This document shows, in pieces, positions 52,073 through 64,000 of a DNA stretch of 64,000 nt. Position numbers and translations under genes: made by a program. This DNA comes from the human T2T-CHM13v2.0 reference genome, Homo sapiens: the NCBI RefSeq assembly GCF_009914755.1, contig NC_060937.1. One strand, 5' to 3'. The number at the start of each line of letters is the position of its first letter. Within the stretch, counting starts at the first letter, position 1. The notes beneath the pieces are model-generated. The model made no database searches and was not told the origin of the DNA. It saw only the letters and a list, made by a program, of their open reading frames with translations.

Positions 52073-52284
52073 ATGAGTTCAATGTTAACGAATCAACTAT
52101 ATATTAAGAGAGATTAACATGAAACAAGATTATGTATTGAGTGCTTAAGAAAAATGCTGTGACAAGAAATTACTGGGGACCTAACCCTGTATTTCCCACA
52201 GGAACAATAGTTCAATATACGCCAACTGAGGTTTTGTGGCAACTTTATAGAATACAACTACTTTGAATGATGAGAATTGACTAC
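52073..52284 (+). mobile_element. MER82 right part
   Basis: gagttcaatgttaacgaatcaac...cctaaccctgtatttccc...gagaattgact. Confidence 0.85.
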
Positions 52285-53399
52285 AGTTGGTATTTTCCTA
52301 AAGTATCAGAGTGGGCAAATCTGGGTTAAAATGTACTCATCCAAACTAGAACTTTGAGAACATTCATCCTTTTACCCCAAAAACAAGTACAGTCTACCAA
52401 TTGTAACAATGAGTCTAGAAAGAAAAAATATCACTCAGTAAAAAAAGGAAGGAAAATAGCACGTAATCTAACAGATGACATAGCGCCTGAAAAACAATTG
52501 AACTTTTCTCACTCTGCTTTTTCCAAAGCAGGTACTATTATATAATTTTAAAATGTGATCTCCATTAAATATTAAAGACTATGTTTCTTTAAAATTGATA
52601 AACACAAAATATGAGTGTAGTATGTTTTGCATCTATGTTTATGTTATGGACCTCTTAGGAAGCCCTATACTTCTTTACAAATACTTCAGCATTACTCAAC
52701 TTTTGAGTAGTATCAAGGTTACTATTTTCCTCCCATCTTCAATACAACTTTCACAGTTTAAACACTGAGAAATTAAGATCCTACTTAAAGAAATAGTTGT
52801 TTCTTTTATGTAGTAATATAGAAAAAAATGAAGATCAGATATGATATTTTTGAGTGTATTTTTTACGTAAATTGTTTTTCAAGGATGAATATGTTTCTAT
52901 TTGTAAAAAAAGGCATAAAAGTGAGAAACATTTTGAACTGTTTTATTAGTTAACTTATGCACAATATATAAACAGTAATTAAAATTTAGAGATAGAAAAC
53001 TTAAAAAATATTACCGTGGTTTTTGAACCTACTTATTTAAAATATTTAAGTGTTAATATTTTTATTTGTTTCTATGAGTATAAAATCCCTATTAATAAGT
53101 TTTGTCTTTTATGCTATCTAAATTTAGAGCAGAAATGTATATTCATTTCTTATTTTCTAGTACTAATACTTAAATTGACTATATATATATATACATATAC
53201 ATACACACATATATTCACAATGTAATTTGGTAAATACCAGTATCTGCACTGACTTATTTATCAAATATTTTGGTCTCCATATCCATAACCATTTTTCTGA
53301 AATTTCTAATTAGTGATTTTACTAGACCTGTACTTTTGCCGACATAATACGTTTAGAACAGTTATTATTCACCGTTAGTCCAAAAGGACTCAACTTCTG

Positions 53400-53582
53400 C
53401 TGTATCTTTTATTATGATCTAACCTCAGAAGTCACACAGTGTCTTGCCCTTTTAGTGGAGGCAGTCACAATGGACCACTCAGATTCATGAAAGATTCTGC
53501 TTGATGAGATGGTAGAAAGATTCTCAAAGTATATATGAGTTGGAGAATACAGTCATTTTGTGGAAAATACAATCTATCACAG
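53400..53582 (-). mobile_element. MLT1-type LTR fragment
   Basis: aacctcagaagtcacacagtgtc...gcagtcacaa...cactcagattca...gaaaatacaatctatcac. Confidence 0.5.
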
Positions 53583-55975
53583 CTATCTTCCTACTAAATG
53601 GGGCCAAAGAGCTAAGTTGTAACTGAGCAAGGGTTTCCAAGAATGTTTCTTTTTTTACTGGTTCTTTGTTACTAGCTCACGGAACATAGTATATTTGCTT
53701 CCTCTGCTTGCCATGATCATGTAACTGTAACTGTAGGCCCATGACTTTCAAAACTTCTGTATCCTTGTCAGTTAAATTATAAGTTACTACATAATTGAAA
53801 ATTAAACATGATTACTTGAAAAATTTTATCAATCCAGTCTAACTCCCCAAATTATACTGTTACATGTAATTTAATTAATCCAGACTCTAATTTTTCAAGG
53901 ATTTTTCCATATTTACTCTCATCCATATTCCCCTGCAGATTGTTTCATTAAAACCAATTTATATACTTTTTGACTACTTTGACTAAATTATGTACAAAAA
54001 CACATAATTATTGATATCAAAAAGACCTGAGTTTTTATCTAACCAATTTCCTAAATTTAGAGGTCATTGAAATAAGTTACTACTAGAGCAAAGTAGTTGC
54101 TAAAATGTTGCATAGTTAGCTAATAGCAAAAAAAAAAAAAAAGATTGAGATCCTATTTTGATATAGAGTCTGGGCTACATGCTGTAAATACAAATAATGC
54201 ATAACACTTCCTTTCTTTCTTTCAGTAAGTACTTATGTACTGCATATTATATGCCAGGTATTCATTATATACACATGTGCTATTTGTACTGAGAGTACAT
54301 CTTAATGAGAGTAGACATAATTTTTTAAATAATCGTGTACACACACACACACACACATAATGAGCATGGGGAGCACTATGATATGGGGAAGACAATAGTG
54401 ATTTCGCCCTTATGAATATTATGTTCTTGTAGGAACAAACATATGATGAATTTTTTTTAAGTATGCTTAGAGTTTGAAGGCAAGATGGCTGACTAGAAGC
54501 AGTGGGAACAACTCCCACTGAGAGACGAAGACATCAGAAAGAATGGCACACGCCAAGTAGAACAATATAGGAAAGGCAATGAGAGGGGACGGAGGGAGGA
54601 CACAGACCATGGGCTTAAGGGGGTGGAAGCTAAGAACCCTACATGAGGTTGTCAAGCACTGTGACTTATTTCTGGCCCCTGGCAGCTCACATGGAATGGG
54701 TGAATTAAACAGGTGAGAAATGATAGACTCTCACCATGGATGTCCAGAAACCTTGCTGCAAGAGACCCTCACAAAACCCATGGACACCTGAGCTGACAAG
54801 GAGGGCTGCTTGGAGAGGTGGCAGGAGTAGGACTCCAGCCTATGTGGAGTCCAGAGGATTTGGTGTGGGAATGGCTGCAGTGGAGCATGGCCAGAGCACC
54901 TGTTCTCTAAAGCTTGCCACGCTTCTCTAGGTGGTTTTGGTCTTTGGCAACTGTCAGACCTGGACAGATGCGGAGTAGTCTTGCCTGTGGGATAGGGCCA
55001 GTCCAGTCTGAGAGCCTCCCTGTCTGCTGGCCTCTCTTGGGGGCCCAGCCTGGCTGCAACCACTTGCAATGTAGCCTCAGATGCCCAACCAGGGTGCTTC
55101 CAGGGCCATCATCATAGTTCCTTTGCCGGCATACTGCAACTAACCATCAGAGAGCTCCAGCAGACTAGCCCCTACTAATGCACACCCACCCACCTACAGC
55201 CTCCTCCTACCACAGCCTCCACCTGCCACTTTACTGGTGTGCATTTGCCCTTGGCCCTTCTCCACCACATTACCAGCAAGCACACATGGGTGGATCTCAC
55301 CTACCCTCCCCAACTGGTGTGCATTTGTGCACACAACCCACTGTACCACCACTGCAAGTGTTAGAATGTGTGCACGAATACTGGTGCCTTACCCCCATTG
55401 GTGCCCCACTCTCACCAACATGTAGACACCTTGCTGTGTCGCCACCACCATTGCAAGCATGCACACAGATGTCACCACCCCATCCTCTTTGGTGGTCTGC
55501 CCAGATGACACATGCATACCTTGCTGAGTCACCATTGCTGCTGGTACATGCAAGTGAGTATGGATCCTGCTGCCACTAACCTGACAAACCCCCCATCAGA
55601 GTGTTGTTGCTAGAGGATTGGGAACACCTGGGCCCCTCTGGCATAGCAGGTTCCTAACCTTCAGGGGACATAGAACACAATTGGGGGCCTGGTACCTGCT
55701 CCCCAGCGTTAGAGTGTGCAGCTGAAGAGTTCTTAGCTCTTTAAAATCTTCCAGAAATGAAGCAAGTCAACTGAATCCATTTTATACCATAATCAAGCCC
55801 TCAAGGCCATCAAATAATATAAAAGAAAAGACACCAACCAAAGGGCAGCAACTTCAAAGATGAAAGTAACATCAGATCATACAGATAAGAACTAATACAA
55901 GACATCTGGCAATTTTAAAAGCCAGAGTGTTTTCTTATAGCCAAATGACTGCACTAGTTTTCCAAAAATGGTTCT

Positions 55976-56014
55976 TTTCTTTTCTTTTTTCTTTTCTTTT
56001 CTTTCCTTTTCTTT

Positions 56015-56064
<50 letters not shown>

Positions 56065-56345
56065 TTTTTGATGGAGACTTCCTCTGTCAAACAGGCTGAA
56101 GTGCAGTGATGTGATCTTGGCTCACTGCAACTTCTGCCACCCAGGTTCAAGCAATTCTCCCTCTTTAGACTCTCAGATAGCTGGGATTAAAGGCATGCAC
56201 CACCACACAAATCTAATTTTTTTTTTTTTTTTTTGGTAGAGATGGGGTTTCACCATGTTGGTCTCGAATTCCTGACCTCAAGTGATCCACCCACCTTGGC
56301 CTCTCAAAGTGCTGGGATTACAGACATGAACCACTGCACCTAGTC
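55976..56345 (-). mobile_element. Older Alu (S/J) with (CT)n/(CTTT)n tail, nested in L1
   Basis: Alu dimer on minus; TSD-like aat(g/a)gttctt. Confidence 0.9.
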
Positions 56346-56444
56346 CCAGCAATAGTTCTTAACCAGGCTTAAATGGCTAAAATTATAGACATGGAATTCA
56401 GAATCTGGATAGGAGCGAAGATCATTAAGATTCAAGAGAAAGTT

Positions 56445-56791
<347 letters not shown>

Positions 56792-59700
56792 TCAAGGAAT
56801 CTTAGCAATCCAATAAAATGATACAGGAACTGAAAGATGAAATAGCCATTTTAAGAAATAGCCAAACTGATCACATAGAGCTAAAAAACATACAAGAATT
56901 GTATAATAAAATTGCAAGTATTAACAGAAGCATAGACCAAACTGAGGAAAGAATCTTAAAGATCAAAGAATGGGACATGGAATAAACTTACTCAGAAAAA
57001 GTAAAGAAAATAATAAAAAGGAGTTGAAAAAGTATCCAAAAGCTATGTTTTGTAAAGCAACTAAATCTGTGACTCATTGACATTCCTGAAAGAAAGGAAG
57101 AGAAAGCACGCAACTTGGAAAATGTATTTAAGGATATTGTTGATAAAAATTTCCCCAGCCTCACTAGAGATGTTAATATTCAAATTCAGGAAATGCAGAG
57201 AACTCTGGTTAGATAATACAAGATGATCATCTCCAAGACACATAGTCATCAGATTATCCAAGGCCAACAGGAAAAAACATATATTAAAGACAGCTAGAGA
57301 GAAGAGGCAGGTCACCTACAAAGGTAACCTTATTAAGCTAACAGTGGACCTTTTATAAGAAACCATACAAGCCAGAAGAGATGGTGGGGGGCTATATTCA
57401 ACGTTCTTACATAAAAGAAATTTCAACCAAGAATTTTGTATCCAGCCAAACTAAGCTTCATAAGCAAAGGAAAAATAAGATCCTTCTTAGGTAAGCAAAT
57501 GCCATGGGAATTCATTATCACCAGAAGTGTCTTACAAGAGGTCCTTAAGGGGTGCTAAATATGGAAACAATAGACCATTACTGGCCACGACAAAACACAG
57601 TTAAATACATAAATCATTGACACTATAAATCAAAGATACATCAAGTCTGCATAATTACCAGATATCAACACAATGACAAGATCAAATCTGCACATATCAA
57701 TATTAATCTTGAATGTAAAGGCCTAAATACTCGCAATTAAAAGGCACAGAGTGGCAAGTTGAGTAAAGAAGAAAGACCCCTCTGCTGTCTTTAAGAGACT
57801 CACAAGCTCAAAGTAAAAGAATAGAGAAAAATCTACCAAGCAAACTGAAAGCAAAATAAATAAATAAATAAATGAAATAGCAGGGATTGCTATTGTAAAT
57901 TCAGACAAAAGACTTAAACTAACAATGTCCAAAAAGACAAAATACAATATCTAATGGTAATGGGTTCAATCAACAAGAATTAACTATCCTAAATATATAT
58001 GTACCCAACAAAGGAGCACACCAATTTATAAAACAAGTTCTTAGAAACCTACAAGAGACATAGATAACCACACAATTAGAGTGGTAGACTTCAACACCCC
58101 ACAGACAGTATTAGATTATGGAGGCAGAAAACTAAGAAAGATATCTGGGACCTGAACTCAACACTTGACCAAATGGAAATAACAAACATCTACAGTACTC
58201 ACCACACAAAAACAACAGAATATACGTTCTTCTTATCTGCCCACAGCACATACTCTATATTCACCACACAATCAATCATAAAAAAATTCTCAACAAATTA
58301 AAAAAAATCATACCAACAAAACATGGACCACAAGTTTTGGACCGTAAAGTTCATTGACATTCAAGAGACACACAATAAATACAAAAATCCATACTAAGAA
58401 GATAGCATAAAACCATAGAATTAAGATGACAAAAATCATACAAAATATCAACAAAAATCAGAAGTTGATTGTTTGAAAGAATACATAAGATTGATTGGTT
58501 GCTAGCTAGACTACTAAAGGAAAAAAAGAGAGAAGATCCAAAAAAAATAAACACCAATCAAAATGAGAAAGGAGATATTGCTACCAAAACCACTGAAACA
58601 TAAAATATCCTCACAGACAATTATAAACACCTCTATGCACAGAAACTAGAACCCCCTGGCCCCCCAAAAGGATAAATACCTGGAAACACTAAATCCCCAA
58701 AAATTGAACCAGGAAGATATTGAGTCACTACAGAGACTAATAACAAGTTCTAAAATTGAATCAGTAATAAAAAGCCTAACAACCAGAAAAATTCCTGAAC
58801 CAGACAGATTCACAGCCAAATCCTACCAGATCTATAAAGAAGAGCTGGCAATACTTCTCCTAAAACTCTTCCAAAAAAATTTAGGAGGAGGGACTTTTCC
58901 CTAACTTATTTCTACGAGGCAGTATCATTCTGATACAAAAACCTAGCAGAGACACATACAAAAATCCTCAACAAAATACTAGCAAATGGAATCCAGTAGC
59001 ACTTTGAAAAGCTAATCCACCCTGATCAGGTAGGCTTTATGCCTGGGATGCACGGTTGCTTCAACATACACAAATTTATAAATGTGATTTATCACATACA
59101 CAGGGCTAAAATTGAAAATCTCATGACCATCTCAATAGATGCAGAAAAGGCTTTCATTAAAATTCAAAATCCCTTCATTTTAAACACCCTCAACAAATTA
59201 GGCATTGAAGAAACATACCTCAAGATAATAAAAGTTATCCACCTGTGAAAACACCACAGCAAATATCATGCTGAATAGACAAACACTGGAAGTCTTACCC
59301 TTGAGAACCAGGACAAGACAAGGATACCCAATCTCACCACTTCTAGTAAACATAGTGCTGGAAGTCCCAGCCAGAGCAATCAGACAAGAGAAATGAATAA
59401 AAGACATCCAAATAGGAAAAGATGAAGTCAAACTATCTGTTTAAAGATGATATGATTTTATACCTGTAGTCACTGTCCCAAAGCTCCTAGATCTGATAAA
59501 CAACTGTGGCAAAGTTTCAGGACACAAAATCAAGGTACAAAAATCAGTAGCATTTCTACACACTAACAACATCCAATCTGAGAGCCAATTCAAGAACACA
59601 ATCTCATTTACAATAGACACACTCACACACACACACACCTAGGAATACAGCTAACCAAGGAGGTGAAAGATTTCTACATTGAAAATTACATAACATTGCT

Positions 59701-60079
59701 GAAAGAAATCAGAAATGACACAAGCAAATGGAAAAACATTCCATGCTCATGAATAGGAAGAATCAATATTATTAAATGGCCATACTGCCCAAAGCAAAAC
59801 TACCAATGACATTTTTCACAGAATTCGAAAAAAACTTTTTTAAAATTCATGTGGAACGAAAAAAGAGCCTGAATAGTCAAATTAATTCTAAGCAAAAAGA
59901 ACAAAGCTGGAGGCATCACATTACACAACTTCAAACTATAATACAAGGCTACAGTAACCAAAACAGCATGGTACTTGTACAAAAACAGACACATAGACCA
60001 ACAGAATAGAATATAGTGCCCAGAAATAAAGCTGCACACCTATCACCATTTTATAGTTGACAAAATTGACAGTAACAAG

Positions 60080-60453
60080 TCCATTCTCACACTGCTATGA
60101 AGACATACCTGAGACTGGGTAACTCATAAAGAAAAGAGACTTAATTGGCTCATGATTCTGTAGGCTGTACAGGAAGCATGACTGAGGAAGCCTGAAGAAA
60201 CTTACAATCATGGTGGAAAGCAAAGAGGAATGAGGCGTATCTTCACATGGCCAGAGCAGGAGGAAGAGACAGAGAGAAAGGGGAATTTCTACACACTTTC
60301 AACCACTGGATTTCATGAGAACTCTATCATGAAAACATCAAGGGGGAAGTCCACCCCCATGATTCAATTGCCTCCCACCAGGCCCCTCCTCCAACACTGG
60401 GAATTACAATTCAACATGAAATTTGGATAGGGACACAGAGACAAACCATATCA
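60080..60453 (-). mobile_element. MSTA-type MaLR solo LTR nested in L1 ORF2
   Basis: tccattctcacactgctat...ggctgtacaggaagcatg...caaaccatatca; TSD acaag. Confidence 0.9.
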
Positions 60454-63094
60454 ACAAGTAATGGACAAGGAACTCCCTATTCAATAAATGGTACTGAGAT
60501 AACTGGCTAGCCAAATGCAAAAGATTGAAACTGAACTCGTTCCTTTTACCATATACAGAAATCAACTCAAGATGGATTCAACACTTAAGTGTAAGTCTAA
60601 GACTGTAAACACCCTTGAATAAAACCTAGGAAATACCATTCTGGACATAGGCCCTGGCAAACATTTTATGATGAATATGGCCAGATCAACTGCAACAAAA
60701 ATAAAAATTAACAAATGGGACCTAATTAAACTAAAGAGCTTCTGCACAACAAAAGAAACTATCAACAGAGTAAACAGATAACCAACAAAGCTCTAATGTA
60801 TAAAATCTATACATTAACTTAAACAAATTTAAGTTATACATTATATAACTATACATTAACTTAATCTATACATTAACTTAAATTTACAAACAATCAACAA
60901 ACAACCCCATTAAAATGTGGGAAAGAACATGAACAGACACTTTTCCAAAGAAGGCATGCACACATCCAAAAAACATATGAAAAAATCCTCAACATCACTC
61001 ATCTTTAGAGAAATGCAAATTCAAACCACAATGAAATACCATCTCACACTAGTCAGAGTGACTCTTACTAAAAAAGTCAAAAAGTAACAGATGATGGTGA
61101 GATTACAGAGAAAAGGGAACACTTATACACTGCTGGTGGGAATGTGAGTTAGTTCAACCATCTTGGAAAGCAGCGTGGTGATTTTTCAAAGAACTTAGAA
61201 CTACCATTTGACCCAGCAATTCCATTATTTGGGTAAATACCCAAGGGAATAGAAATCATTCTACCATAAACACACATACACGTGAATGTTCATTGCAGCT
61301 CTATTCACAATAGCAAAGACAAGGAATCAACCTAGATGCCCATCAGTGGTAGGCTGGATAAAGAAAATGTGGTTCATATACACCACGGTGTAACATGCAG
61401 CCATAAAGAAGAATCAGCTCACATCCTTTAAAGCAACATGGATAGAGCTGGAGGTCATTAACCTAAGCAAATCAACACAGGAACAGAAAAACAAATATTG
61501 CCATCTTCTAACTTATAAGTGGGAGCTAAACATTTAGTACACATGGATACAAATAAGGAAACAATAGCCACCAGGTCCTACTTGAGGGTGGCGGGTGGGA
61601 GAAAGGTGAGGATTGCAAAACTACCTACTGGGTAGCATGTGTGTTACCTAAGTGACAAAATAATTTATACACCACACCCCCATGACACATAATTTACCTG
61701 TATAACAAGTTCATACATGTACTCTCGATCCTAAAATAAAAGTTAAAAAAGAAGTATATTTAGTGTAGGTTCACAGGCGCACAGATGATAAAAAAAAAAT
61801 GCAATCTTACATCTTACTAAATTGTACTCAGCGTTTGTTTATTTATCTGTAAAATAATGCATCTATTCTAATTTTCCATAATAAATATTCTATCTCAAAA
61901 TATATGTATCTAATTCTAAAATAAGAATTTCTCATTGCAGTTGAACTTAAAATGCACCATATCAATGTCTTTGATGTCAATTTTTTTTGCAAGGTATCTT
62001 AAAATTATTGGCACTTCTTGGTTTAAAAAAGTTAGATTAAATTTTACATAATAGCAAGAAATATTATCTTAATGAAACCTTTTCTATTATGAGCTAGAAA
62101 TATAGTGATTCTGAATATTCAACTGTACTTAATGCTAATATCTAAAATCATTTTCTGAATATTAAACCAGTTATTTTCTGAGGGGAGTAGTAGACTGTTA
62201 TACTGAAAAACAAAGTCTGTATTCTATCATTCTAGCAAAAGCAAGCAATCATAAATATAATTTTCTATGAGCATAATAGAAGTGATTGTTTATGAATATA
62301 TTTGGATTATTTTATCTCATTTAGCTATTGATTAAATCTTCATTTACATGATATTTTTTGCTATGTGAAACTGACTTTATATACTATAAATCTATATATC
62401 TATATCTAGAATAAAACATTAAACAAATAAATGAAAGAGATGACATTTAAAAGGATTCTTCTGAACCTATTAAATCCATGAGAGAAACTGCTTATCAATG
62501 CTTCCTTTACAGACCATAGTTGAAAGTATAATGAAAAGCAGGTAACAAATATTCTTCTAGTTCTGCTGTTAGAACAAAATACTGAGTACAATTCTACTGT
62601 GACACATTAAATATATGGAACTTGTATAATTTTAGATAAGTTAGTCAAGATCTATTCTGGTAATTACATTATATTAACCAAAATTGCCCATCTATTTATC
62701 TCGGTTCTCTTTATTGTGTTACAGAAAATTAACTAAATAAAAAGGTTAATTCACTGCTTCCAAAAGGATAAACCAATGTTTGAAAACTTGAACCATGAAG
62801 AAAAATACATATTTGGACAAATGATAAATAAATTTATATAGGGACTATAAAATTTATGTATAAGATACATTTATCAAATATTTCTATCTGTGGAATTTTA
62901 TTTATAAAAATTCCAAACCAATATGTTTTAGGCAAAGCTTATTGAACAATCGCAAATATTTATTTCATATTATTTGTGTTTAATTCCTGAGAGAAATATA
63001 AAAAGATATATTTTTTTTCCTTTTAAGGTATGAATTCTGTAGTTTAGGTAAGGCATACTACAGCAACTATCAGCAAGGATTTTAGAGTTAGGCC

Positions 63095-63255
63095 GAGGAA
63101 GATTCAAGCCTTGGGAAAGTAAACTAAGTGATCTGAACTTTTGTTTTCTCATCTATAAAGTGAGGATAATAACCATGACTAATTTACAGTGTTATGAAAA
63201 GTGAAATGATTAGCACAATGCCTAATATTTAACAACAGTTTAAACAATGTTTTAT
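63095..63255 (+). mobile_element. MIR
   Basis: ccttgggaaagt...gttttctcatctataaagtgaggataata...ttagcacaatgcct. Confidence 0.7.
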
Positions 63256-64000
63256 ATTATATTATATTATTTTTGTTAGCAACACTGGATAGTATTTGAT
63301 CCAAAGCAATTAAATTTAACATAATAGAGCAATTTTTTTCATAAGACTCAAAGAAGACCATCAAATGTTGATGATTTTGCTGTGTATTAAGATAAAGCCA
63401 GCTGAAGAGTCCCTTGGAAATACTATTTTACATTCAACACAAATATTTGCAGTGATAGTGATTATGATTACTTGGCCTAGGAGTGAAACCACTAATGGCT
63501 ATTAATTTGGAAAGAAAATGAAACATTTTTGGATAATCATTCTCTTTATCCATTGTAGTTCCTTGATCCTACTCTGTGCATCTGCGTGACAGACGATAAA
63601 GAAAAAAAATGTTGAAATGTGTCAGAGAAAATATAATTTTTAAAAATAAACATCCAAAGATCACACTGGTTCAGGAAGGAACAGACGGATGATAGAGGTC
63701 TAAGAATAACATAATCTGACTTTTCAGGAAAATTATGTGTAGAGCCTTTTTTTTCTTTTTGTAAGAAAAAGAGTTTTTCAACTTATTCAATTGATTACTG
63801 TCTTGAAAATAGAACTATATAAGCTCCACCATTCTACTTATGAAGACAAGATGTTTATAGTTACTGTGGCATCATCAAATGGCATTGTCAGTCAAAGTCA
63901 ACACAATTGACTTACAGATCATTGCTCTCTATGGGCTCTATGAAATGATAAAACGAAGACTAAGGGGTTTAGTAGTGTTGAGGTTATGAACCTACGTACA

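Noticed and set aside
54731-55579. ORFs of 112 and 133 aa
   Set aside because: Lie within the L1PA16-like 5' UTR; no recognisable protein features
57700-61500. Reverse transcriptase / endonuclease coding potential
   Set aside because: L1 ORF2 broken by many stops, frameshifts, deletions and an LTR insertion; not functional and not a novel RT system

Overview
AT-rich primate (human-like, catarrhine) genomic DNA, either intergenic or deep intronic. I found no protein-coding exon, RNA gene, CRISPR array or CpG island that I can support. Many ORFs in the supplied track are translations of Alu, L1 or MaLR repeats; the rest look like chance ORFs in AT-rich DNA. A large part of the window is interspersed repeats: a full-length but decayed HSMAR2 mariner carrying three nested insertions, two head-to-head MER4-group solo LTRs (one splitting a MER53), a near-full-length L1PA16-like element with nested Alus and an MSTA LTR, internally deleted L1MA elements, about 12 Alus, MaLR LTRs, and Tigger/MER, L2 and MIR relics. 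Family names come from my recall of consensus sequences, not from a database search, so subfamily calls are approximate. I do not see an undescribed multi-gene system. The signals not explained by repeats are (i) a CpG-enriched unique segment at about 48.7-49.0 kb with RFX-like and AP-1 motifs and a 32-residue ORF in strong Kozak context, and (ii) four fold-back or templated-insertion scars (1532-1603, 8894-8909, 21788-21959, 60794-60885).
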